The notes under the pieces are model-generated. The model saw only the letters and a list, made by a program, of their open reading frames with translations, did no database searches and was not told the origin of the DNA. Below, one piece after another: positions 26,501 to 41,500 of a stretch of 64,000 nucleotides of DNA (the stretch's first letter is position 1; each line of letters opens with the position of its first letter). The stretch is from Acanthaster planci (Eukaryota). Location of the stretch: assembly GCF_001949145.1 (NCBI RefSeq), contig NW_019091358.1, forward strand, positions 1,684,240-1,748,239. Direction: 5' to 3'. Both the position numbers and the translations under genes were made by a program.

Positions 26501-29500
26501 TTAAAAAGAGATACTGCACAATAATTTCATCATCCCTTTGCCACTTGTTATTGTCCCCTACAGGATGGTGCTGTCAACTTACTGGGCATACATGTATATT
26601 GCTGCTCTGAGTGATAGCTTGCAGGATATATGTAGCAGAGGAATTCTACATTCAATAACCTTTCTCCAAAGAGGTGAAAAAAAAAGAAGAAATGAGTTGT
26701 CAGTGTTTTCTCCTCCTGGAGTTGAACAAGAAGTAAATCTGAATCATCGGGATCGTTAATCTTTTTAAGCGATGCATGTCTTGCCTATGCGCGCATCATC
26801 TTGGGCAATACAGGGCATGAGTTGTTCAAGCTGCCATTTTCGCTTTCAGTTTGGCCAAGAGCCAGCTTGGGTTCAAGGTGGTCTAGACCTTGCCTCCTCC
26901 TAGTCCTTCCCCATTGCTTTTAGAGTGGTCCCCTGAGACCAGAACCAAGCTGAAGAGTAGGACTAGTTCTTGAGTTAATGGTGGCTTTAGCCTTACACAA
27001 ACTTCTTCAGTGGAATCAAGTGGAATATGAAGTCTCTGGTGAGGCATTTGTTTTAAGAATTGAAGGACATCAGGAGCATGGTGATTGAAATGGAATGAGG
27101 AGAAATCAGGATCGGCATTAAATTGGAAACTCAATATAACTGAATGGCTAGAAAGCAAGTTAAACCCTTTCTTGGGGAATTAACTAGTTATGACTTTCTG
27201 TGTATGCTCTGTGAGAAATTGGGGAATACACTGTCCTGCAATGACCTCTAGGATTTACAGGATTTTTTGCCAGGAGCCTTGATGAGGTCCTATGGCCGAA
27301 AGTCTTGTCAAATTCACTTCAGGGCCTTGAGAGAGTGACTTCTGCTTCGCAATCTCTTAGTTTTCTTTCAGTTGAGCATAACCTAATACGAAGGCTTTTT
27401 AACAAAAAATCATGAATTTAGGAGAGCAACTCTCAAACCATGTTGGCCTGTTCATTTTTTAAAATCAAAATTTGCATTTATTCTTTGAAAATTTGTCTTT
27501 CTTTAATCCTTTTATGAATTTTCTCAGCGTGGCACTTTCATAACTGGTTTGTGACTTGGGTTTTGTATCCTGTGAACTTGTCGAGTATTCACAGATGAGA
27601 CTTTTAACTGTCAACCAGTATCAAGGTTGCTTAGAATGTTAATGACTTGAGAAGAACACCAGCAGCAGAGTTGCATTCAAGTGCCACTGAGTTCAACCCT
27701 CTTTCAATCTCTTTTTCAACTTCTTGTTCTCCATGCAGATGGGAGGTGACCGAGTGGATGGAGTGCAGCCGGACCTGTGGCATGGGACGCCAGATGAGAC
27801 AGGTGATGTGCAAGCAGACAGTGACCCAAACCCTGATCACCATGGTGCCTGGGGAGCGCTGTGACCCCAGGCTGGAGCCCGAGAGGGTACAAGAGTGCCA
27901 CATGGACCCCTGCACAGCCTGGTCAGCTGGCGAGTGGGGAGAAGTAAGTAGAATACATACTGTACATGCGTTGGCCAATAGGGAAGGGCTAAGGGGGCCA
28001 TTCCCCACAAGACAATTTATTCTTGAAATGCAAGGAGAAAAAATGATTTTCATTCCTTCCCAAAGCATCAAAACAATGAAGTTCACTTAACCCTTTACAA
28101 AGCCCACACAAGGTTACTCAAAGAATGCCCCCTTTTTAATGACCCTCCAAAAATCTGCCCCTCCCCACCAGGTCTAGATCCACTCTCATTGCAACATGTA
28201 TGAGGAATTTCCAGTAGGGTACACCAACAAGAGTTTAATATCTGATCATGTAAAAAATAGACATGCATGGCCTAAATGGTATCATATTTTACCATAGATT
28301 AGCAGTTTACCATTTGTTATAGCAATCATTCACTTACAGATAACGTGTTATCTCCTAATTTTCTCAAAATGTTTGTATTTGTGTGACACCACACTTGAAG
28401 TATGAAGAGCAAGAGGACAGGAAGGTGATATTTGCAAAATGCTGGACATTAAAAAGTGGTCTCTTGTTCACAAATATGAATTCCCAGCAAGTGGGAAGTG
28501 AACATCTTGTTTTCTTTGTTTTTAATCCATACGGTGTGAGATTTTGCCGGATGTTTTAAATTGGCATTGAGAATAGTTGATGGAAACTTTCCTCATAAAG
28601 ATGATTTAGTAAATTTACAAGTCAGTGTTTTGTCATGGTCAAAGTCGACCCCCTCTCTATTCTTTTCCATGAGGATGGAATTGGAGAGAGTGATTTCAGA
28701 ATATGTCAAAGAACATGTCAGAATTGTCAAAAACAGTAACGGCCATCCAGAAATGCCAAGTCTTTCTTTTTCATTTCACACTTTACTGCCTCGAACAGTG
28801 GAAGCAACAACTCTATTCACAGCTTACTACCACGTAAGTGCAAATTGACTGAAATGTCAAAATAGAAGCAAGAACAGTTACTTCAAACACCTGTGTCCAA
28901 TGTGTAAAACTTCCAGAGAGAAACTGCTGCTTTCGCATCACTAATAGGAAATTGATGCACATGTATGTCATTTTCGTCTTATTAAAAGAAGTCACAGAAA
29001 TCATGTGTTTTCAGTTTATCAACTATTCAGATAATTTCACTGAGGGTGGGAGCTCATTTGCAAACAGGACCTTGGCGGGCACTAGATGTCATAGCTGATC
29101 AGTCTGCATCAGTGAATGAGTACATGCACTTTGAATGAGTGTCCCAATTGTTTGCAGGTTGAAGGCAGAGGATGTGCCCCAGCTGTCTTCTACTGAATAT
29201 TGAGCAAGATTCAGGCTTTTAATTCTTGAAAGTGGACATCTTTAATCAAGTCTTATGGTTCTTTGACCCCAACCATTCATCAAAGAAAAGAAGTAGGATA
29301 TACATGTAGTTTTTCTTATTCAACTATTGGCAACATTTTGGGGACTAGGTTCTCAAATAGTGAATTAGTATTTTATACCTGCCAGTTTTAGTTTCAAAAG
29401 TACATGCACTCTCTGAGGCTTGTATACATTGTCACTGCTCTAGTTGCTTTTATATAAGGCAAAGCAAATAGGGTCTAATGTTGTGAAAATTTTTGCAGGA

Positions 29501-32500
29501 TACTTTTCATAGAGAATTCAAGTACAGCAACCCAAATGCAGTTGGTGGCTGTGCTTGGGTTGCTGCATCGGGTCGCTGCGCTTGGTTTGATGCAAGTTAC
29601 TTGCTGCCTTAATCTTGAGGGATTGGGCTTAATGATGTATTACCTGTATACAGCAGATACGTGACTCAGAATCCTCCAGCCATCCTCATTGATGGTTACC
29701 ACATGGTCAGGTGTTCTTGGCCAGCCTCTGTCATATTTGTGGTGCAAGAACTATGTCTGTGGCTGCTGGTACACAAAAATGCCGGAAATGAATGTTTGGG
29801 GTCACTGCTCAGATCATTTAAGTGGGGAAAAAAATTAGGTAAAATTTCTTGTGTCAAGAACAGCCCCACAGACACTGTAGCTTTCAGAGTTGTTGTTTAC
29901 ATCTGATGACCAAAAATGAATAAGTACTTTAAACACTAATTATCAAACACATTAAGTAGCCTTTAACTTAGTTGACAGAAATGCCAGTGTTAAAGACAGA
30001 CATTTTGCCTGCTCTTTATCAAAAGTACTGTTTGGTAAGCTCTCTTGATAAATACCACAAAAAGTGGAATACCTGATGACTTAATGGTACACTATGTTAA
30101 AAGTCCCCCTCTTTCTTCCATTTTTTCATCTCAGGGCAGGGGAGGGGGATTTCGACCCCCTAACCCCAGTCCCCCTACCTTCAGATCTGCGCTTGATTTA
30201 GGTTTCCAGTTTTAAAGTCCGATAAACATTGAATGAAACAAGTATTCATTAAGAGTTATTGAGGTAGCTGGACATGATGGTCTGTCATGTTGATAAGCCA
30301 TGTAGTTTTAAACCTATTGGGCGAAATTGAGTGTTTTATGAAACACAGCTCCTCACAAATTTCCACCAAAAAAATAAGTTGAACAATGGATTATATTGGA
30401 ACTAGCTAGTACACGATCCAGTCACTTAAAGAACAACCAAGCTTGCTGAATCATTATAGCAACTACCCCTTCTCTGAACCCTCCAAAGCAGTCCAACATT
30501 TGAGTGCCAATACAGGTTCAGCAGTCAGGATCTGTAAGAATGCAAGTGGGCTTTTGGTAGATTTCCTGTAAATTCTGAATATGAAAGCAGTACCAGTTCC
30601 ATCTATTTAACATGTCACCTTCTCTTCCCTCTCTTGGCAAATCTTGGCCATGACACAGCACAACTCACTGCCAAACAGTGGCCTGTTGGAGTGAGAAGGA
30701 TTTGGAGACAACTGTTCACCAGTAGTCCTGACTGTCTTCCCTTTTAAGAGGGAATTGATCATGAAACCTCAAACACTAAAGAAACTCCACTGTAGTACCC
30801 ACTTTGCATGTGGGAGATGAGATGATTCCATTCTTGTTGAATAAATTTTTTCTTAAGGAATCCTCATTTGCCTTCCTCCCACTCAAAACCTGAATATGTT
30901 ACTGCTGCCAAAGCAAAGGGAGAAGGCAATAACCAAACGAAGTGGAGAAATCTGCACCAGGTGTTTTTTCTTTGGAAATTGCACAAGACTGATAATAGCC
31001 TGTTTCCTGGAGGTGGGCAGTTGACACATTCCAGACACCCATCAGTTAAATGAGGCAATGAGGCATTTTTCTTGAACTTCTTACACAAATTTAATTCCTT
31101 CATAAATCAGTGAGGAAGGGGAGGGCTTAACCATCTGATACTTTAACTTGATTGGAGTGTTTATGGTAAAAATATTTTACTTTGAATGAAAAGCCTACTG
31201 CCATTCAGTGCTTTCACTTTCAAGTGACTAGTTCTACCTTTGCAAAGGTGACTAACACTTTAAAGCATTTTTTTTCTTTTATATTTTGGAATCTTATACA
31301 TATAAATAAGAATTTAGGGAAGTCATGGAATGATATGACAACCTCCTCCCCATTGTCATGACATAGTAGTAATTTTAGGACCTACTGAGTTTAAATGTTT
31401 GCTTTTAGTTTGAAATAAATTAGCTTAATTTGAAAAGCAAGGACCAATTACATATAATGAATTGCCTTGACAAATGTCAAACGGATTTAATGACATGAAA
31501 GCTTGTATTAGTAACAAGCAAGGAATTTTTCTCAAAGTTTTATGATCCAGTGTAGCTTACATTGTACAAAATAGGTAGTGTTTTAATTTACTCCTTTTCA
31601 TCTTGACTTCATTTTCGTATTCAGAATTTTTGTATGAATTCACAGCCTTATCTCTAGGCTCTTGTTTACATCTACACACATCACCAGTTACAAGTCCTGT
31701 GGCACATCATGCATGGTTGCCTTTTATTAGGGATCTTTCACACCAATTGACAGTGGAGCTGTCATGCAAGAAGAAGATGCAGTCCACTGCAACGTAGCCA
31801 GGGGGTGTTTTTTGTGGGTATATATTCTGGGGAAGACGGAAAGGGTGGAACTTGGCAGATGAACCTGTGAGACTGAGTGATGCGGGAAAGAAGGTTCAAA
31901 GATTTCTGATCCTCGGGATATCATTTGTCATTTTTTGTCACATGTACTGTACATGCATGGTGCCCTTTTTGAGGGAAAGTCCCTTTACATGCTTTTGGAA
32001 GGAAGGGAAATGGATATTCCTAAAGCATCCTTTTTTTCTTTTTTATTTCAAAAGAGAAATCTCCCTTTTGTAGGGTTGGGAGGGGCAAGGCCCCGTCTAA
32101 CAAGATCTTGACCAATTAAATTGGATTTCATTATTGTGGAGTTGCAAGATACTGGTTAACAGAGGCCTGTCCACTGATGCATTGAGAAAATAGGTTAGTG
32201 TGTCACCGCTGACAGGGGACTGATGTCGGTAATATATAATCATTATGGGTGTCACCAGCTAAAATGGATCAAGACTTCCTTGGCTATGTAGCTAGGATAA
32301 GCTTGGCACATGGTTTATAGACTTAGGGGGCATGGCTTTTAATGTCACAGCCCGATACTAGGTTTCATGGTAGTAGAATGATGAAGTCGAGAAACATTCA
32401 CGCCCCCACTGCAAATTGCATGTCATGTAGTGTTTGCCCACATAAATTGCATTCCAAACATATAACCACTACCTGTTTGCATAAGAGGCCTGGCCACATT

Positions 32501-35500
32501 CTGCAGTCCCTTGTAGCCACAGTAGGTTGGTATAGAGGCTGGTGAATGGCATCCCTATGGGTTTTAGTAACATTATCACTTGCTGTTCTAAACTCAAGTG
32601 TGGAACTTGTGACACAATGTCAGAACACACTATTTCCTTCAAATACATCAGTAATTATGTTCACACAAGACAGCAGTGCAAGTTATTAATCTTCTGCTCA
32701 GAAAGAGTTATGTGATACACTGTACTGAAGCAAAATTTAAAATTGACAATTTACAATGTTGAAAAAAAGACACAAATTTTATGAATGTTGAATACATACA
32801 AATATTTTAAAAGGGTATCAATAGGAGCTGATATCAGAATGAAAAACGTTTGTGCCTCCTGTAGGATTATTTGTGATATACTCAGTTGGTTTGTTGCTCA
32901 GCACTATTGATACCTAACTGGTACGTACCTGTTCACTTTAATTTTCTGACAATATACCTGAGGTAAAACCCTCAGACAGTTCGAAGCACTGGTACCTAAT
33001 TGATTAGTTGAAACTTTAACATTTAAGAGTGTGAAAACTAGTTTGTCTAATTGTATGGGACACCTTATCAATAGGTAGTATGTGCCATGCACAATTGCAA
33101 CCATGTCTGTTTACGGTTCAAGACATCATACAGCATGGAAGAAAATTTGATTTTTGACAGTCACCACAGTGATTCAGTGTATTGCGGTGGAAGGTGCATA
33201 ATGTCAAATGACATGCATGTTGCCATGTGTTCCTTGACTAATCATGACTACACTAGCTGTAACTTGTTTACCTTGTTGAAGCTGAAAATGCATTCTGACT
33301 GTCTTTAACCTGTAGGCCTAGATAACCCCATAGGGCTCTAAAGAGGAAGGCAGCACAAAATGTGGCTATAGTTTAGAATATATTCGTCCTCCCTGATGCA
33401 TACTTATTACATGTATAAGGGCTGGTAGGTAGGGATATACCTAATCAAGCAATGTCTGTGACATGACGCAGGAGAAGTGGGAGTGAAGGCTTGTGTTGTC
33501 CCCATGGTTCCCTTGACACCTTGAAGGTCCTTCACAGTGAAAAACAGCCTCCAGCCTACAAAACAGTGTCCATGCTGTTCTCAGAAGCACTGTTCCCATT
33601 GCTACAAAAAGACAAAGTTTGAGAAGAAGAAACAAAATGGAATTGCATCTTTGAAATCCATTTCAAACTTGGCAATCATGCTGTCAGCTGGAGGGTAATA
33701 TAATGTGCCCTTTTGGAACTGTTTTCAAAGTGCATGAACAATGCACTTTAGCATTTCACTGACCGTAATGACTAGTTGAATGGATATCAGTCTATGCACT
33801 TGTATCAAAATTGAGACATACATGTACATGCCTAGGCAGAAACTGCTTTGATTGCAAGGCTTGTAAGACTCTGTCTCAGTCCTTAATTAGACATATGAAT
33901 GCATGAATATGAGGTTTCCCTCAGTTTGCTTCATTGAAAGCTTGTAGCTTTGGATTTGAGAGAGCATTCAGCATGCTTATTAATGAGACCACAAAGACAA
34001 TTTAACATTAAGTTCACATGAGTTTGCCTCTGTCTTATTCACAAGGTCACTAATACTAAGATTTATGGTGTAAGCACCCAGCAAATGATTGTTGCTTTCA
34101 TGGGTCAAGACAAACATAAAAGTGTTGTGAATAATAGAGCTATAAATTTGTTGTCTCTTCAATGGTTCATGGCATTTCATTTCAAGCCTTCCCGAGGGTA
34201 TGTTGCACTGTAATAATTTCAGAAATGTCAGACACTGTCTGTACCACAGCAAGAAACTATTTTTAACAGGCTACATGGTAGGTTTGCAATTTGCAGACAG
34301 TCGATAAGAGCACTTGGTGATAGCTTTCGCTCTAAAATTTCAACACCGTCACCATGATACATTCTTGATTCCCCATAGACAGCACAATCAATTTTGCAGC
34401 AGTTTCACTTTTCTGTTAATTACTTGACAAAAAGGCTGGTGTGACGGTATGATCATCATGTGTTCGTCACATAGAGTACTGCAGTGCGACGTCGTTTAGA
34501 ACCACTAAATGCTGAACGGACGAATGGAGTACGTGCATGTGTTGGTTCATGTGCTGGTTCTTGTGCTAATGCCTTTTACACATAAGATTGCGTGTGTGAT
34601 CACGGTAGTCACTTTGGTACCCAATAGCACTCACAAAGTTTCCAAGTACATATACATATACTTGGTTTACAATAATACTGTGACATTCAGGCAATGTACT
34701 CCCCTATAGGCCAATGTAACAGCACACAGACTAATCAGCAACATTGATCCTCACCAACCATACCTTACCTCACCGTAACCTTTATTCTTTTTCATGACCA
34801 CGAATTACCGTCATTGAAGGGCAGATTAAGAATGAAGTTCAGTGGGGGGGAGGCAACATTGTGTTTTCAGGACAAAATAAAGTTGTAAATTTATGTATGT
34901 AGCCCAATGATTTATGGCCTTGGGGGGATGAGGCTACATTTGGGGGGCTTTTTACATGCATTTTGGAGGAAGGAAAGTTAAAATTGTCCAAAAAGGCCTT
35001 GTTTCCATTACTTTACAGACAAGAAAGATAATGCTCTATATGCTTGGGGAGGGGCCCACAGCCCACAGCCCACATTCCATCCCCATCAACCATGGTTTCC
35101 AAGATGAAAACATCACTGCCATCATAGTGACCTGCATCTCAGTCACCCCCTTTTTCCTTCTTTAAATCCTCATTCCTCTGCTGAAAAAAGAAAAGGGCCC
35201 GGCAGTTATTATTCCTGCCTTCATAATCAGTTGCATTATTTCATTCCGTCAAGACCACAGGCGGATGTCTGGTGGCATGGGAAATAACACACAGTCCATA
35301 CAGTGAATAACATCCACTTCCAATATCTCCCTCATGTGTACACTTCACTTCTCCCTGACAGATGCAACACATTACCTGCCCTCTGGCTAATTTAATGTTT
35401 CCATCCTGGGTGCTTTTATCCTTCTCCACTCAGGAAGATCCAACATGCAGGGCTAATTTTCTTGTGTTTATTTCCTTGCTGGACTAGTCTCAGTCAGGCC

Positions 35501-38500
35501 TTGACATAGTTCTCAGGCAGTTTGGTTTCCTGACAGCAAATCAATGAATTTCTCAGAATAGTTCTGACAACCTGTCAGCCTGGTGTTGATTTGTTGCGAG
35601 CGGAGATGTATTGCAAGGAGAAAGAGAGAGGGAAGGGACACTGACCCCACAAATGTTTACAGTCATTACAGTAGAATTTCCTATACAAGTATGAGCATAA
35701 CAAGGGGAGGGGGGCATTGGCCCCCATTGAAATTTTAAAAAAATAAGAAAAAGCACACCAAATAATGTTTTTGAAGGAGAGGAGAGGGCAATTTCCAAGT
35801 TGATTGAAAGTAAAGGTCAGGATTGACCTCCACTGCTGTCAATGGTGGGTCAGCTTGTTGCTGTTGAATGTAGAAAATAATCCTGGTGATGCTCAGACAT
35901 ACCATGGATAAACAAAAGACACAAACTGTGTCTTTATTTCTCCATGGGCAAACAAACTCAAATTTTGATCATTTGGTGACATTTTGATAAGTGCAGGCTT
36001 CCAGAAATGAACAAAGTCTGTCTTGAGCCAGTGTATTCAATCTGTCCCTGGTTTCAGTGATACAAAACACTGTGAATATTTCTGTTGCCCTGGCTGGGAT
36101 GCAAGTCCATTTTATTCCCCCATCCAGCACTCATTTATACTGCTGGTCTTAGACTTGGCAAAGAAGCATGATAATTACATGACTAGTTGCCCAATGCAAG
36201 GCCATCTGGACTGCAACCCTGGACCCTCTTATCCTTAGTCATGATGAACCCTTTGGGTCCCACTCCCCTCAAAATTTAAGATTGGATAAACCCTGTCCCA
36301 CCTTTTAAACAGAGGAAGAGAGTGAATTGCTATAAAAAGGGGCTGACAAGTAACCTTGTATGATTGCATACATAACCATCACAGTTGTTGCAGGACATGC
36401 ATCCCATCTTCAAGGAAAACCTTTGTTCATGTTTTCTTGCACTCTCCCAGTGGGTTGGACGACCCTGAAGATTCTACCAACACATACACATATTTGCTAT
36501 GGTCAGTACCTGTTCTTCCCCAAAACAGCCATTGAATTTGCAGTTTTCTAGGCAGGCAGCCAGGAAGACAGTTTTGGGGCTGTTAGTAATTTCCTCAGAT
36601 GCTTCTAATTTGACAATAGCCTGGTTATCATTGCTGTGACAATGAAGTCTTGTCAACTTTTTTCGCAGCCAATTTGAAGTGGGGCACTTATATCATCAAA
36701 AATGTTTCATGAAGTTTCATTGTGGAGAAGAATTTTCATATTGAGTGAGAATGTGCTAAAAAGTGTAATGATGCACTTGGGTTTGATGTCTTTGCAGTTT
36801 TTGAATGTGAAGATTTATGTTTTAAGGCATGTCTCGTAGAACTGTGCAATTTTGGTGCCAATTTTAGCAGCTTCTGAGAGTGCAATGCTGGATTGGTTTG
36901 GCTGTAGAGGTACAGCACATGCGCAGCCTACAATCACAAGAGTCACTTGATAAATGGTTTACAAATATCTCTCTGGAAATAATGACTGTGTAAGGAAAAT
37001 TTCAAATGCTGAAAATGCAGCCAAAAATTGGACGGAGGTAGTTCTTTAATTTTCTTACTTAAGCACAAAGCACTTTGTGGACAAGCATTCAGAGATTCTG
37101 GGGTTGCTGAGGATTGCACCCCATCACTACTCTGAATAGCTAATGGCATTCTTGAAGAGTTACATGTACTTGTTGCTTTTTAGTGTACTTTTCTACTCTT
37201 CTTATGGAGACGGGAAGGGGGTATGGCCAACGGAAACGGGGAAGGGGTTGTTTTGAAAATCTGTCCTTCTTTATCTTCAACACCAGATGTTGTGTGACTC
37301 CGATTTCAGGTTATTTTTGTAGGAATCATTATCGCCTTCCTTTCTCCCAGGAGGTGTTTTTCTGTAGGTTCTGTGACCCTACATTTACCTGTGAGGCTGT
37401 TTAGGTGGCACTTCTGAATCCCCTTCATCTGAACTTCATGATATGTAGCAGAGACACTAAACCAGCAGTCCCTCGTTGACAATTGATGTCTTCCTCAGTT
37501 AATTGGATGCAGTCACTCTGCCGGTGTCCCTAACCTATTGTTTTTTTTTTAGTTTGAATGGACTGTCTTACGCATGTAACGTAACTAACACCATTCTTTA
37601 TGATTCACTCTAGTTCCTCAAGCATCCAGCATTTTTTGTTCCTGTTTAATTGAAAAAAATTGATGAAATATGAATGAAAATACGAACATATTTACTGAAA
37701 TTATTTCAGTTGTACATTTCGGTTATCGGTAATTCCAGAAATCAGGGGTCCACTTTTTGTTTGTGTCCCTGTCACATCTGATATATGATTTTTTAAGATC
37801 AGAACACATTTTCTAATTTCTAAGAGGGATAAATTAATACCAATTATCTGCCAAACAAATAGTAACAGTTTGAAATCAATTCTAGTGATATTTCCATGTC
37901 AAATAACAAGGTCAGATGTAACAGGGACACGAAAAAGGTCACACTTTTGGACTCCTAATTTCTGGAATTACCCTTATACCAGTAGACCTTGTGTTATTAT
38001 CCTTAAAGTTGTTCACACAATAAATATGTTTGGGATTTGGCAAGATTTGGTTACTAGGCCTATATACTCGAACGTGAACGATGAGATTTGAAGTTTTTCA
38101 AGGTGAAGGTGGATTGTTAAGAGGATGCACAAATGGGAACATACATGTTGAGATGATGCAACACCTGTGGGTAAAGTCTTTCAAGCTTTTTTCTGTCCAT
38201 CATTGGGCTCTGCAGTCGCAAACATCTGTGGTATGACCAGTGACTCAATGCTTCAGTCTGTTTGTTCTAACCATCAGGCAGGCACAGCTGAAACTCTGAA
38301 AATCTTGTTTTTCCCTCAAAAATTAATGTAAAAAAAAAAAAATGGGTAAAATGCAAAATGGGGATCATATTACTCGACCCTGCTGGAAATAATCATTGCC
38401 TGAAAAAACAATTCAAAATGAATCTTATAAGGCCATTCTTTCGGCAATCTTGTTTCAGGTTTCATTTGTCATTTCAAGCCATGAGCTCTTCCTCTTGATG

Positions 38501-41500
38501 CATCATTCAGTTTGGCATCCTGATGCAAATGGACATTAGTTGCCCATGGAACATGCTGAAAGTTCTTGCTGATTTACCCTATTCAGGATTCTTTTAAAAC
38601 ATCTGACTCAAAAGTGGCTCATCTGACTTACATGTACAGCTCATTTTGTTTGGTGTGGTCATGACTATATAGTCAATTGCACTTCAAGTGCATACATGCA
38701 TATAAGCTGTTGTCATTTCTTTTGAATGTAATTGTATACATGTACAAGATTGTTACAGGAACAAAGAAATTAGTTTCTTACACGCACAATCCTGCTTTGC
38801 TAAAAGCAGGAAAGCATACTTATTTAATGGAGGATATGTAGGATACAAAGTAGATTTACCATGACAAACATTGTAATTGATTTTGGCCTTGGGGACACTT
38901 TTGATTTTTTTCAAATAAGCAACCTCACAGTCTGTTTGTTAATTGATTGTACACTTCTCCCCCTTTCTCTAAGAACCCTGTTTTCGATCAACTTGAGTTA
39001 TCTGCAAGAGTTGTGTTTACCCAGGGTTTATTTGGTTGTCTTCTAACTATAGTGACTAAGATTCAGATGCCACTTCACAATTCAGTCATGTGGGTTTCTC
39101 AGTCATGAACTGGCCGAGTGTATGATTTCTTTAAAATACTAGTTATCTGAGGAGCTGCTGGTGAACACTGCTTCACTGTCTTCTCGGAGGATTCCAGAAA
39201 TTGTAGTCAAGTCTGTCACATTACCTTTCACAAGACAAGTAAAAAGGTGAACAGTGACGAAGGAATGCTTTTGTCTCAGTTCATTTTGCTGCAGTAGCTT
39301 GTGACTTAGGTTAAGACTGGACAACTTGTAAAGACTATAGCCGGGTAAACTATGATGCCAAGTACAAAGTTTTTTATTTGGGGGAATTCTGTGTTTCATC
39401 AATGGAAATGCCCGGGTAATTATAGTAAGAGAGCAGCGAAATTCTGCAAAACTGAAAATAACTAAACCTGAAATTTTGGAAATCCCTCAATGAGTTCACC
39501 TACGCAATGTGACAGGTGTACATTAAGCATTAAGCTGTCATGGAGGAAGACTTCAAAATACTTCGTCAGTTCTCCTAGGGAAGTTGCAGGATCAACATTA
39601 TCCTTGGCCATTTCATTAACGCTTCCTGTGTACTTTCTTTGATTCCTCCCCCCCAGTGCAATGTGCCCTGCGGGGAGGGCAGACGGCAGAGAGAGGTGCG
39701 CTGCGTGGACGAGGCCAGGGAGGAGCTGGATGAGTCTGCCTGTACGGATAAGCAGCTGAGCAAGCCCCGGACAGAGGAGACCTGTGACAGGGGGCCCTGC
39801 GTCAGTAATTGGTTCGTGTCGGAGTGGAATGACCTGGTAAGGATTAGGGGCTTTGGTTCATGGGGGGATCATGTGGGGATAGTCCGGATTGATGGTTTAG
39901 GTTGGTGTGGTTGACCTTGGTGATTGGTGAAGTGTGGTGCATGCTTGAGGGGGGCTAGTGCTGTGTATGGAAATTGGGTATATCAGTACCCTTCCATTGA
40001 TGTCTGACACCAGTTCCATAAAATGAGACAGGAATACATATGACTAACATCACAAATTTCAGGGAAAGAAAATATTTCTGGAAAAATCCCCAAACTAAAA
40101 CCAGACTACACTTACATGTAATACTGTAACCTTTCAAGTGCATATGCAAAGGTTGTTGATGTGTGTCTTTTGTGAAACAGAACTAAAACTTTAAGGACAT
40201 TTTTCACGTAAGCTGTTTTACACAAGTTCTTTGAACTGTAGGGTTCAGTTTTTGTACCAGTACCCGGGTATCCTTGTTTGAGTTATCTGTACTGCATCCT
40301 GTCCAGATAGTGCTTGTAAATGCTCCCCAAGAGAGGGAAGGGGCAACTGATAAGGTTTCGGATGTCTCTCGGTGGCGAGTCACCCTTGCAGATAAACTGA
40401 AGTTCAAATGCCTTGAGCACACTAAAAATGTCAGATGCCTCTTGAATGAAGTGATGCCTCATGCCAAAAACAGATTGGCACTTCTCCTGGCTAAAGAAAA
40501 TTTTTCTGTTCCATCTTTTTTTCCCGAAAAATAATATGATTAAGTTTAAGGAACATTTTAAGCAAATAGACACATGGTGACTGACAGGGGTGTGAGAATT
40601 CACCTTTTTTGTTTAGATGTTGACCCTGAAGTTCAGCTTTTTTGTGTCGCAGGTCTGAACAAATAAAGTATGGGAACCTTTTACATTTCAGCTTTTTGCT
40701 AGCTGTTTCCAGCTTTAATTTTAAGTGGCCACTCTCACCCCTAGACTGAGTTCTTTGAGCTTTTTGGTTTTTTGGTGTCAGAAACAGCCTTGTCCTGTGA
40801 TGAGGTACCACATTTCACAATTTTAGCAAACCTTTTTGGAATTAGCTTATTGTTCAAATTTGTTAATTCAATTGTATGCTCACACTATGATGCTCAAACT
40901 CATTCGATCAACTGACACATCTGTCATGTATTACTGTAGTCATGAGTTGTGTGCCAGTTGGCAGTAACAAAACCTGAATGTGAAAAAAATGTTTCTGTGG
41001 TTGCTTTCATTTGTAGTGTTCTGCTGAATGTGGGGGAGGGCACAAGAGTCGCTATGTTGTCTGTACCACTGAGGGAAACAGCCAGGTGCTGTCAGATGAA
41101 GCTTGCAATACCATCACCAAGCCTAGGACAACCAGGACATGCAATAGCATGCCCTGCGGTGCTGTCTGGTTGACCTCAGAGTGGTCTCAGGTAAGGATTA
41201 AAGAAGATGGCTGTCTCCCCTGACCTTTCTGTACACATCCAACAAGAAACTCCTATACGGCCGCTGGCCATCATTTGCTTAAAGTGGAACTTTTTTCAAA
41301 TGGTCAAGCTGTACAGAAAAAACTTGTAAAAATTTGCAAGGTTGATTGCAAAATTAAGAGGGCATGCATAGGGTGTTCCAACACCCGTTCATTGTTTTGA
41401 GCCAATTTTGCCTGTCAAGTATTGCCAGGTCTTTGATGCTCTGACCTCTTCCAGATTCCATGAAAGCCTTCCAAACTATGGCAATTTCAGCATATCGGGA

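Noticed and set aside
26538..26759. Possible alternative first or cassette exon after a good acceptor (cccctacag)
   Set aside because: The available donor is not in phase with the 27739 exon and the peptide is unrecognisable.
34509..34709. ORF with a signal-peptide-like start (MEYVHVLVHVLVLVL)
   Set aside because: Derived from a short GTGYTGGTTC(A/T)T repeat within repeat-like DNA; no supporting splice structure.
7815..39656. Nested genes or missing exons in the three large introns
   Set aside because: No ORF with recognisable domains or transposase/RT motifs, and the flanking exons already give complete in-frame TSP1 repeats.
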